Source of the DNA: Candidatus Omnitrophota bacterium | Lineage (GTDB): Bacteria; Omnitrophota; Gorgyraeia; Zapsychrales; Fredricksoniimonadaceae | Reading direction: 5' to 3' | NCBI GenBank assembly: GCA_015228785.1 | Contig: JADGCU010000004.1 | Span: 1-57,847, forward strand | DNA: 57,847 nucleotides | Shown: one piece after another, positions 19,074 to 27,280 of the stretch | How the letters are laid out: the number at the start of each line of letters is the position of its first letter | How positions within the stretch are numbered: position 1 is the first letter of the stretch | The notes under the pieces: generated by a model | Told to the model about the DNA's origin: nothing | Databases searched by the model: none | Seen by the model: the letters and a program-made list of their open reading frames with translations, nothing else | Position numbers and translations under genes: made by a program

Positions 19074-19742
19074 ATGTCTATTGTTGAGATCGCTCCCTTT
19101 CAATTGTTCCTGAAAGGCGGACCTATGATGTGGCCACTCCTATTGTGTTCTATTTCTTCTTTAGCGATTATATTCGAAAAAGCTTTCTTCTTTTCTTCTG
19201 TAGAGAAGGAAATATTAGTTCTTAAGGATCAAGTTATTGGGGCGGTCCGTAAAGGGGATATGAAAGCAGCGGTAGCGTTTTGTGATGCGGTTAATTCGCC
19301 CTTATCGGGGATATTAAGAGCCGGGCTTCTTCATTTTGGTAAAGGAAAGACGGAAATCAAGGATGCTATGGAGGGAGCAAGCTCTGCTCAAGTGAATTTC
19401 TTAGAACAAGGGGTATCTTTTCTTGGTGCCCTAGGTAGCGTTGCTCCTCTTTTAGGATTTCTGGGGACTATTATGGCAATGGGGTTATCTATGCGAACGT
19501 TTCAATTGCGTCTCCAGGCCATGAACCCTGCGGCGTTTCAGGACATCGTGGGAGATGTTTGGGCGGCGCTAATTACGACGGCTTTTGGGCTATTGATTGC
19601 GATCCCGATTTTTCTCGCGTATCATTATTTTACAAGTCGCATTTTTGACATTGTTTTTCAGATGGAGCGCGCCGCCATGGATCTAACAGTTGCTTTAATG
19701 GATCTTTCTGGGACATCATCTTTGGAAGGGGATGAGGCGTGA
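19074..19742 (+). CDS. MotA/TolQ/ExbB-family proton-channel protein
   Basis: GGPMMWPLLLCS first helix and SVAPLLGFLGTIMAMG...ALITTAFGLLIAIPIFLAYHYF C-terminal helices are typical of the family. Confidence 0.88.
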   Translation: MSIVEIAPFQLFLKGGPMMWPLLLCSISSLAIIFEKAFFFSSVEKEILVLKDQVIGAVRKGDMKAAVAFCDAVNSPLSGILRAGLLHFGKGKTEIKDAMEGASSAQVNFLEQGVSFLGALGSVAPLLGFLGTIMAMGLSMRTFQLRLQAMNPAAFQDIVGDVWAALITTAFGLLIAIPIFLAYHYFTSRIFDIVFQMERAAMDLTVALMDLSGTSSLEGDEA

Positions 19743-20140
19743 ATTTCCGGAAATTTATTAAGACAGCACATCCTTTTAGTGCGAATCTTGTTCTGCCTTT
19801 GAACATTATTTTATTGGCGATTTTTTCTTTGTTTTTAATGTTTTTTTTGTCAGTATCATCTAAGATTGATATAAAGCTCCCGCGAGCGGTGACGAGTGAT
19901 ATTTTTAATGACGATAACATTACCATTATTCTTACAAATGAGAATATCATGTACCAGAATGGTCGTGTTGTTTCTATTAATGATTTGCGAGGATTCTTGA
20001 GTCGTTTGAATAATCGTAAGCGGCCGATTTTGATTAAAGTGGACCGTCGTGCATCTGTGGGACGAATTGTTGATATTTGGGATCTTGGTCGAAGTTTGGG
20101 GATAGAACGCATCAGCATCGCGACCGATCAGGGGGAGTGA
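19739..20140 (+). CDS. ExbD/TolR-family protein (atypical: the TM helix has Asn and no acidic residue)
   Basis: 133 aa with a single TM helix (NLVLPLNIILLAIFSLFLMFF) followed by the periplasmic pattern IKLP...ILIKVDRRASVGRIVDIWDL. GTGA overlap with the upstream gene. Confidence 0.8.
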   Translation: MNFRKFIKTAHPFSANLVLPLNIILLAIFSLFLMFFLSVSSKIDIKLPRAVTSDIFNDDNITIILTNENIMYQNGRVVSINDLRGFLSRLNNRKRPILIKVDRRASVGRIVDIWDLGRSLGIERISIATDQGE

Positions 20141-20144
20141 GGAC

Positions 20145-20576
20145 GTGATACAGTGGGGACGCTCTTTTTATGCCCTTAGTTTTTCAGTATTTATTCATAT
20201 AGTCTTTCTGGGGCTTTTTGTTTTATCCTGTAGGGGGGAAGTTAAAGATTTTAAGATTGATTTCTTCTTTTGGGGAGGCATCTTGAGGCATCAGGAATTA
20301 TTACCAGTGTTATCAGATGAAAGTCAGAACGATGGGCGTGTTCGTATAGATTCGCCATCTGCAATCTGGGCGCCAGTTCAGATGGTTGCGTGGAGGCTTG
20401 GATCGTCTGTAGAAAAACCGGAATTATTTAAGGTAAGGGAAGAGGATAAGAGTCTTCCTTCAAAATTTATGACGGCTCGTGTTGAATTGGATGTACAAGA
20501 TCAGTTAATTTCTAAAGACTCACAACTTGGTATTCCTGAAGCTCCGAAGGTGTATTTTCGACGGCCAGAACCATGA
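20145..20576 (+). CDS. hypothetical membrane-anchored protein with a TonB-type N-terminal anchor and no TonB C-terminal domain
   Basis: The anchor SFSVFIHIVFLGLFVL resembles the E. coli TonB S-x3-H anchor (LLSVCIHGAVVAG). The remaining ~110 aa have no Pro-rich spacer or recognisable TonB_C. It lies 4 nt after the exbD-like stop. Confidence 0.55.
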   Translation: MIQWGRSFYALSFSVFIHIVFLGLFVLSCRGEVKDFKIDFFFWGGILRHQELLPVLSDESQNDGRVRIDSPSAIWAPVQMVAWRLGSSVEKPELFKVREEDKSLPSKFMTARVELDVQDQLISKDSQLGIPEAPKVYFRRPEP

Positions 20577-20821
20577 TACACTGTGATCTTTTAACAGCGA
20601 TTGCATTCTTTCTAAGCGTGTTGATATTTGTTTTTTTTGGTGTTTGGTTTTTTTATGTTTTTAAACGTAAGTTTATTAATGTTCAAGATAAAGGGCCGAT
20701 AGAGCAGTGTCCCTATTGTGGCAATATGATATCGGATCATTCGCGCAAAGGCATTCTAATTTGTTCAGTGTGTCATAGCTACCTGGAGGTCAGGAATGAG
20801 AATCACGGGAAAAAGAAATGA
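20573..20821 (+). CDS. hypothetical small membrane protein with a C-terminal CxxC...CxxC zinc ribbon
   Basis: 82 aa with an N-terminal TM helix (LLTAIAFFLSVLIFVFFGVWFFYVF), then CPYCGN...CSVCHSY. ATGA overlap with the upstream ORF. Confidence 0.55.
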   Translation: MIHCDLLTAIAFFLSVLIFVFFGVWFFYVFKRKFINVQDKGPIEQCPYCGNMISDHSRKGILICSVCHSYLEVRNENHGKKK

Positions 20822-21107
20822 GTCGGGTATTGTGTTGATTGCTGTTGTGGCGTTTATTGTTGTTGTGAGCGTTATGATCTTGGGGATCATGAGTCGCAAT
20901 GCTTCTCAAACAGTTTCTGTTGAGGAGCAAGTGCGGCATATTCAAGCGGAACAATTAAGAAAGGGTGCCATGTGGGTGGCAAAGGCAAAAGAAGATAGGA
21001 ATGAAGGTTTACCGGAAACTATTATTGAAAAACTTGGTGACGGAAAAGACTTTTCTATTTATTTCTCAAAGACAGGTCGTAAAACGAATATTAATGTGAG
21101 TTATTAG
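20796..21107 (+). CDS. PilX_N/GspK-like pseudopilin-like protein
   Basis: 103 aa. The N-terminus NESG|IVLIAVVAFIVVVSVMILGI looks like a pseudopilin hydrophobic helix without Glu+5, as in GspK/PilX. GGAGG lies upstream. It overlaps the previous ORF by 26 nt. Confidence 0.5.
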   Translation: MRITGKRNESGIVLIAVVAFIVVVSVMILGIMSRNASQTVSVEEQVRHIQAEQLRKGAMWVAKAKEDRNEGLPETIIEKLGDGKDFSIYFSKTGRKTNINVSY

Positions 21108-21189
21108 AATTTCTGATTTTTTTCAGGAATGAATTTTTATTAAATGACTTTCAGGTCGCGAATTATTCAATAATTTTTTATTGTTAAAT

Positions 21190-22746
21190 ATGATAAGACA
21201 AAAAAAGCTGGGGATTTACTGGGGGCAAAAGGGGCTCAGTCTTGTTGAAATCAACAAGAATGAGATGGTTATGTTTTCTGCGATCTCTTTTGATTCTCTG
21301 GAGAAGAATCCTATTGTGGGGATCAAGTCTTTGGCTGATGATCCACGTCTTTTGGATCTTATTCAGACTTCTTATCGTTCCGCTCGATTTTCAACAATTG
21401 ACACTTGTTTTTCTTTGCCGTCTAAAGATATTATTATTCGTTGGTTTACAATTCCTTGGATGAAGCCATCGGAAATCCAGGGTGTTGTTGTTTTTGAAGC
21501 AAGAAAGTATATTCCTTTTCCGTTAGAGGATCTTTTTTTTACATATTATCCTTCCGTGTTTTCGAAAGGAGGGGTGCGCCAGGTTGGTATTTCATTCGTC
21601 GCCATTCGTAAAGCTACCTTTAATACGTATTTAACAGTTCTACGACAATCCGGGTTGAATGTTGTTTACGCAGAGCCCTCTGCTCTTAGTCTTGTTCGTT
21701 CTTTAGCCTTCAAGAGATTAATTGATACCACTCTTGTTACTGCGATTATTAATTTTTATCAGGATTCCGCTGAAATTGTTATTACGTCTAAGGGGCACGT
21801 TCGATTTATTCGGGATTTTAAAATATCGCTTGCTGATGAGAATTTATCTGAAGAACAAAAAGGACTTGTTCGGGCCAAGATGTTTAACGAAGTTAAAATG
21901 TCTCTTGATTTTTACGCTCGGCAACAGTCAGACGCTGATGTCAAAAGTGTTATCACGGTTTCTTCTGGAGTGAATAAGGAGATGTGGAGTGGACTTGGGG
22001 AGGACTTAGGGATTGCGATCCGCCACGTAGACCTTGTGGCAATCTTTGATAAGGCCATTTCCTCAAACGAGGGGCACGTGTACGCCTTAGGCACCGGCTT
22101 ATCTGGTGGGGTCCCATCCGTTGTTGATTTGGACCTTTGTGAAGATCAAGGGGCGGCCAAAGAAATTCGAGCATCAGCAGCACCGATTAAAGCCGGGACA
22201 TTAATTTTTTCTATTAGCGTGATTCTTGTTTCTGCGGCAATTTTCTTCTTGGCGAATGTTTGGTCACAATTGTTTCTTACAGAGCGGGAGGCGCAGAAAA
22301 TTGCTATTGTACAAATCTTGGGCCCTTACGCAGAAAAGCCACTTGAAACAATTCTTACGGAGAAGGGCACGGAAATTCAAAATCTTACGACTATTAGGTC
22401 GTTAAAACTTCGTAGTACTGCGACGTCTGCTCTTGTTCGTTTAATCAAGAGCATTCCTGAGGGTGTGTGGTTTCAGGGGATTTCTTTCTCTATAGACCAA
22501 GAATCGGAATCTGGCAATGTAGGAGAAAGAGGCGCAACGATAAAAGTGACTAGTTCAATGACGATTGAGGGAAATGTTTATTTGAATAGTACTAATGCAG
22601 AGTTTGAGGCGGCTAGTCGTTTTGTGGATGTTTTAAAAGATGACAAGGCTTTTTCGGGATTGTTTACAAATATTAAACTAAAATCGTCGAAGAAAGTTAC
22701 GTTAGGTAAGATCCAAGCGACTGCGTTCGTTATTAATTGCGAGTAA
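21190..22746 (+). CDS. PilM-PilN fusion protein (actin-like cytoplasmic domain, TM helix, periplasmic PilN-like domain)
   Basis: The PilM-like motifs SLPSKDIIIRWFTIPWMKPSEIQGVVVFEARKYIPFPLEDLFFTY and VVYAEPSALSL are followed by a TM helix (LIFSISVILVSAAIFFLANVW) and about 150 aa of periplasmic domain. Confidence 0.75.
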   Translation: MIRQKKLGIYWGQKGLSLVEINKNEMVMFSAISFDSLEKNPIVGIKSLADDPRLLDLIQTSYRSARFSTIDTCFSLPSKDIIIRWFTIPWMKPSEIQGVVVFEARKYIPFPLEDLFFTYYPSVFSKGGVRQVGISFVAIRKATFNTYLTVLRQSGLNVVYAEPSALSLVRSLAFKRLIDTTLVTAIINFYQDSAEIVITSKGHVRFIRDFKISLADENLSEEQKGLVRAKMFNEVKMSLDFYARQQSDADVKSVITVSSGVNKEMWSGLGEDLGIAIRHVDLVAIFDKAISSNEGHVYALGTGLSGGVPSVVDLDLCEDQGAAKEIRASAAPIKAGTLIFSISVILVSAAIFFLANVWSQLFLTEREAQKIAIVQILGPYAEKPLETILTEKGTEIQNLTTIRSLKLRSTATSALVRLIKSIPEGVWFQGISFSIDQESESGNVGERGATIKVTSSMTIEGNVYLNSTNAEFEAASRFVDVLKDDKAFSGLFTNIKLKSSKKVTLGKIQATAFVINCE

Positions 22747-22750
22747 TATT

Positions 22751-23407
22751 ATGGCTATGAAACCTATACAGTTTAAAGGGGGGAAGAAGGCTAAGCCTGG
22801 CTCTGATAGTGGCGAGGATGTGTCTCTTTTAAAGTGGCTTCGAAAGTTTGATATTGGTTTTTTTCGATATCTTTTACATGAGCGGCAATTTGAAGCGGGT
22901 GCGGTGATGGTTGCGGTCGTCTTCATTTTTCTGGCCTCTGGTATTGTTATTACTCGACTTAATAAAGTAGCTGATCTAGACCGGCAGATTATTGATTTGA
23001 CGGCTAAAAAGCTACCCGTTGAAGTTAAAAGAAAGGTTCTTCAGGAAAAGAAGGATTTTTTAACTAAGGCGGCTCCTGGACTTCCAGAAAAGAAATTTAT
23101 TTCTTTTCTGACGGGATTAGCTGAAAAGAGAGGCATTATCATATCAGAGTTCGAACCAGTTACTGTGCAGAATAAAGACTTTTATTCAACAACAAATATT
23201 AGTTTTTCATGTTCAGTTTCTTCTTTTTCGAAAGCCCTTTTATTTCTGAAAGACTTAGAAACGTCTCCGTATTCTCTAAAAATAAGATTTTTACGTCTTT
23301 GGGGACGGGGTTCCATGGATTTAGGACCTGGCAATATTCCTGTTCAGCAGGAAACGCCAGTACAAATAAACGTCAAGCTTTCTTCACTTATTTTGCTTGT
23401 TAAATGA
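22751..23407 (+). CDS. PilO/GspM-like inner-membrane pilus assembly protein
   Basis: Architecture is a basic N-terminus, one TM helix (AVMVAVVFIFLASGIVI), a coiled segment and a C-terminal alpha/beta domain (FEPVTVQNKDFYSTTNISFSCSVSSFSKALLFLKDLE). It sits between pilMN and the secretin. Confidence 0.6.
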   Translation: MAMKPIQFKGGKKAKPGSDSGEDVSLLKWLRKFDIGFFRYLLHERQFEAGAVMVAVVFIFLASGIVITRLNKVADLDRQIIDLTAKKLPVEVKRKVLQEKKDFLTKAAPGLPEKKFISFLTGLAEKRGIIISEFEPVTVQNKDFYSTTNISFSCSVSSFSKALLFLKDLETSPYSLKIRFLRLWGRGSMDLGPGNIPVQQETPVQINVKLSSLILLVK

Positions 23408-23940
23408 ATAATAAAATAAAATTAATAAGAAATACAATATCTTTAGCCGCTTATGCTGGTGTTATTGTAATTTTATGTCCGCCTATCTTTGGTGTGATGG
23501 CCCAAGAAGTTGCGAGCAATATTGTTTCGGAGCGGGAGGAAGATATTCTGGCGTTGCCGGATCCTTTCTCTATTCCAGAGGTGTTGCGGAAAACCTTGGT
23601 TGATATGGATAGGAAGATCAAGGCGGATTTTGAGCGCAGCCAGATAAAACCTGTGGCCGATAAAATTCCAGAACCACAACAAGTGGGGGAGCCTGAACCG
23701 CCACCGGTAGCAAAGCCCGACTTCCCTTCACTGAATATTTCGGGTATTATTTTTAGTGATTCGAATCCTCAGGTTATTATCAATGGGGATGTGTTTACTA
23801 CTGGTGATAGCATCAAATCTCCTGTTGGAGAGGTTAGTATCCATTCTATTGAAAGAAATCAAGTGACGTTTACTTTTTTGGGGGATTCCTATATAAGGGG
23901 CATTGGGGAAGAGGACAATAAAAGGCAATCAAAGAAATAA
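23404..23940 (+). CDS. PilP/GspC-HR-like periplasmic linker protein with a Pro-rich spacer
   Basis: N-terminal anchor or signal, a Pro/Glu-rich stretch (IPEPQQVGEPEPPPVAKPDFP), then a beta-rich C-terminus (LNISGIIFSDSNPQVIINGDVFTTGDSI...VSIHSIERNQVTF). It lies immediately upstream of the secretin. Confidence 0.45.
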   Translation: MNNKIKLIRNTISLAAYAGVIVILCPPIFGVMAQEVASNIVSEREEDILALPDPFSIPEVLRKTLVDMDRKIKADFERSQIKPVADKIPEPQQVGEPEPPPVAKPDFPSLNISGIIFSDSNPQVIINGDVFTTGDSIKSPVGEVSIHSIERNQVTFTFLGDSYIRGIGEEDNKRQSKK

Positions 23941-24006
23941 TATAATTTTAAATATATTCCTAATATTATATATTCGTAAAGCTTAAAAATTAGAGGATGA
24001 TTATTT

Positions 24007-25491
24007 ATGAAAAAAAGAATCTTTTTTTTGATCACCATGGTAACCATGCTGATTCTTTGGACGATGGACCCTTATGCTCTTGTTTTTGGCGCCAGTGATT
24101 CCGGGTTCGTATTTCCTCAGTACTCGAAGAAGGTTTCATTAGACTTTAAGAATGCGGATTTAAAAGATGTGGTAAAAGCTTTCTGTCGACAAGTTTCGAT
24201 GAACTTTTTGATTGCGCAAGATGTTGATGCGAAGGGAATTACTGTCTCGTTGACAGATGTTCCTATCGAAGAAGCATTAGAGAAAATTCTTTCTGCGTAT
24301 GGATTGGCATATGAATATGATGCCGCCAATAACCTCTTTTTTGTCAAAAACAAACCAAAAGAGGGGGCTGATACTTTGGTGACCAGGGTGTACCAACTGA
24401 AATTTGCGAGTGTTTCGGGTTCTGCTGTTGGCAATGAACTTGGTAAGGGAGGGGCGATTTCAGGAGGACTGAGTGGATCTTCCGGAAAAGGGGGTGGCGG
24501 AGGGGGAGCCTCCGGTGGTCTTGTGACAGCTTTAAAAACTATTCTCAAAGGTAAGGGGGCGTCTATAATTGAGGATTCGAGGACTAACAGTTTGATTATC
24601 ACGGCTTCTCAGGATAGTTTTTCTGGGGTAGAACGGCTTTTGGCAAGGCTTGATGCGCCCGTTCCCATGGTCATGATTGAGGTAGAGATGCTCGATGTTT
24701 CTAAAGTCTCGTCAGATCAAATAGGACTTACTTGGAGAACGGGAGTGGCTTTCAGCGGCGGTGCGCGGTCCATTCGTTTTCCATATGATGCTCAAGGGGA
24801 TTCAGGCGTGATCCCTACACGAGGCAAATTAAGCTTTGAGGGCGTTGGTGCTGTCTTAGAATTTCTTAAAGGTCAGGATGACACAAAATCTTTAGCCAGA
24901 CCCAGGATTTTGACTTTAGACAATCAGCCGGCCTCTATTAGAATATCAACAGATGAAGCCATTGGAGAGTCGACTACCTCTGAGAACAATAACGCAACAT
25001 CGACAAGAACAGCAGAGCGCACAACGACAGGTGTTTTGATGATGGTGACACCTCAGGTCAGTCTTTTAACGGATGAAATTACTCTTGTCGTTGAACCCAA
25101 GGTGATTGATGCTACAAAGTCCGTTAGTTTTCCTTCAGGGAATTCTTATAAGAATCCTGAAGAGCGAGGGGTCAAATCTATTCTTAAGGCCAAGAATGGA
25201 GAGACCATTATTATTGGTGGGCTTTTGCGAAGAGAGGAAACCTTAAACGTATCAAAGCTCCCATTTCTGGGTGATCTTCCATTTGTAGGAAATGCTTTCA
25301 AACACACAAAATTGATTAAATCAGATCGTGAACTGATGATTTTTATTACGCCTAGAATTATGAGTTCTTTAGGTGAAGATTCTAAAGACTTGACGCAAAT
25401 TGTTGAAGGTGTATCAAAAGGTGAGCAATCTAATTTTGATCCGAGAGAAAAGAGCATCTTTCAGGAAATGGACCGGATATCGGATAAGTAG
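24007..25491 (+). CDS. pilQ: secretin (PilQ/GspD family), compact form
   Basis: Signal peptide, N0-like domain (VSLDFKNADLKDVVKAF...VTVSLTDVPIEEALEKIL), one N1-like domain (IIEDSRTNSLIITA) and a secretin core (ARPRILTLDNQPASI, ETIIIGGLLR, LPFLGDLPFVGNAFK, RELMIFITPRI). Confidence 0.92.
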   Translation: MKKRIFFLITMVTMLILWTMDPYALVFGASDSGFVFPQYSKKVSLDFKNADLKDVVKAFCRQVSMNFLIAQDVDAKGITVSLTDVPIEEALEKILSAYGLAYEYDAANNLFFVKNKPKEGADTLVTRVYQLKFASVSGSAVGNELGKGGAISGGLSGSSGKGGGGGGASGGLVTALKTILKGKGASIIEDSRTNSLIITASQDSFSGVERLLARLDAPVPMVMIEVEMLDVSKVSSDQIGLTWRTGVAFSGGARSIRFPYDAQGDSGVIPTRGKLSFEGVGAVLEFLKGQDDTKSLARPRILTLDNQPASIRISTDEAIGESTTSENNNATSTRTAERTTTGVLMMVTPQVSLLTDEITLVVEPKVIDATKSVSFPSGNSYKNPEERGVKSILKAKNGETIIIGGLLRREETLNVSKLPFLGDLPFVGNAFKHTKLIKSDRELMIFITPRIMSSLGEDSKDLTQIVEGVSKGEQSNFDPREKSIFQEMDRISDK

Positions 25492-25502
25492 GGGAATATA
25501 TT

Positions 25503-27224
25503 ATGGCGCGTTTAAGGCTGGGTGAGATCCTTATTAAACAAGGGCTCATTACAGAGGCACAGCTTCAAGAAGCGATCGAAGCCCAAAAGGTCGAGAAGCT
25601 TCATATTGGTGAGATCCTTGTTAATCGGCAAATGATTAAAGAAGATGATCTGGCCTCTGCCTTGGGAACTCAACTTCTCATCCCCTACGCATCTCGCGCT
25701 TCAGGCCTTCTATCGCCACAACAGGAGCAGGGACTAGACAAGCTTGTTCCTTTTGATTTTGCCAAGACTAATTTTATTCTGCCGCTCAACCGCACCATTA
25801 ATTCATTAACTTGTGCGATCTTTAATCCCTTTGACCTTATGATGATCGACAATCTTAAGAAATTAACTGGTTGTGAGATTAACTTTGTGATCGCCACTCG
25901 CACCGATATCATGAAAGGCATTGATGAATTTTATGGTGGGAATACGGTTGATGGTAAGGGAGGCGCTTTATGGGGTGACGCGCTCGAGATTTCCAAATCT
26001 TCTCTATCTGAAACAATAAAGATCGATGATGGATATGATTCAGATCTGAGCCTTGATCGAGTTATTGCCAGGGCAGAAGAAGCTCCCGTTATCAAGCTCG
26101 TTGATCTGATTATTCGTCAGGCGATCGATGAGCGGGCGAGCGATATCCATATTGAGCCTTTTAAAGATAAATTGGAAGTTCGTTATCGTATTGACGGTGA
26201 GCTTTATCAGATCCCGCCTCCGGCCAAACATTTGCATCTTCCTATTGTTTCGCGCGTTAAGATTCTTGCTAAGCTTGACATTGCGGAAAGACGGTTGCCG
26301 CAAGACGGGCGTATTTCAGCAACGCTTGAGGAGCGCACTGTTGAGCTTCGTATCTCGACCTTACCGACAGTCTGGGGGGAGAAGGTTGTAATGCGTATTC
26401 TTGACAAGGATGCTGTAAAGCTGGATCTCGGGGTTCTTGGGTTTGACGCAAAACAACTTGATTTGATCCGAAAGGCCCTAAAAACGCCTTATGGACTTTT
26501 CTTTGTCACAGGGCCAACGGGAAGTGGTAAATCGACAACGTTATATTCTTGTTTGCGTCATGTCCAAGATCCGTCGTTGAATATTATGTCCGCAGAAGAT
26601 CCTGTTGAGTTTAGGATAGACGGGATCAATCAGGTACAGATTAGGCCTGATATTGGATTTACCTTTGCCGAGGCCTTGCGTTCTTTTTTGCGTCAGGATC
26701 CAGACGTCATCATGGTCGGTGAGGTGCGCGATCTTGAAACAGCCCAAATTTGTGTGCGTTCTGCGTTGACGGGGCATTTTGTTTTGAGCACTCTTCATAC
26801 TAATGACGCTCCCTCGGCTATTCAACGTCTTTTAGATATAGGGGTTCCTTCTTATTTGTTAACGCCTTCTTTAACGATGATCGTGGCACAAAGATTGGCA
26901 CGAAAACTTTGTTTGGATTGCAAGGAACCTTATGAGCCGAAAGAGGAAGAGTTGGGAGATCTTAAGTTGTCCACCGATCTTATTTATAGGGCCAAGGGAT
27001 GTGATAAATGTTCCCATACTGGATATAGAGGGCGACTGGTTATTGCTGAAATCATTGAGGTCGACGATGAAATTCGAAACATTGTCAGTAAAAATGGAAC
27101 TTACACTGAATTGAGAGATGCGGCTCGAAAGAATGGGATGGTCACATTATTTGAATCAGGGATTAAGAAAGTTGAGGAAGGCGCAACGAGTCTTGAGGAA
27201 GTTTTAGGTGTTACTTTAGGATAG
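25503..27224 (+). CDS. pilB: GspE/PilB-family assembly ATPase with an N-terminal MshEN-type domain
   Basis: Walker A GPTGSGKSTT, Walker B DPDVIMVGEVRD, His box LSTLHTNDA, and the tetracysteine CLDC...CDKC. The N-terminus carries two tandem RLG..L...G.I....L...L..Q-like motifs. Confidence 0.93.
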   Translation: MARLRLGEILIKQGLITEAQLQEAIEAQKVEKLHIGEILVNRQMIKEDDLASALGTQLLIPYASRASGLLSPQQEQGLDKLVPFDFAKTNFILPLNRTINSLTCAIFNPFDLMMIDNLKKLTGCEINFVIATRTDIMKGIDEFYGGNTVDGKGGALWGDALEISKSSLSETIKIDDGYDSDLSLDRVIARAEEAPVIKLVDLIIRQAIDERASDIHIEPFKDKLEVRYRIDGELYQIPPPAKHLHLPIVSRVKILAKLDIAERRLPQDGRISATLEERTVELRISTLPTVWGEKVVMRILDKDAVKLDLGVLGFDAKQLDLIRKALKTPYGLFFVTGPTGSGKSTTLYSCLRHVQDPSLNIMSAEDPVEFRIDGINQVQIRPDIGFTFAEALRSFLRQDPDVIMVGEVRDLETAQICVRSALTGHFVLSTLHTNDAPSAIQRLLDIGVPSYLLTPSLTMIVAQRLARKLCLDCKEPYEPKEEELGDLKLSTDLIYRAKGCDKCSHTGYRGRLVIAEIIEVDDEIRNIVSKNGTYTELRDAARKNGMVTLFESGIKKVEEGATSLEEVLGVTLG

Positions 27225-27280
27225 TTTTTTATTTGAGGGGTCCTGATCTAAAATACTCATATTAAAGGGAAGCCGTAATT

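Noticed and set aside
20573-20662. A MotB-like stator helix (DLLTAIAFFL versus E. coli MotB DFMTAMMAFFL) in the zinc-ribbon membrane protein. This could supply the Asp missing from the ExbD-like protein.
   Set aside because: The KRKF and zinc ribbon after the helix predict an N-out/C-in topology. That would put the Asp at the periplasmic end, opposite to MotB/ExbD. Ala/Phe/Leu-rich helices also match easily by chance. It is worth testing but not supportable from sequence alone.
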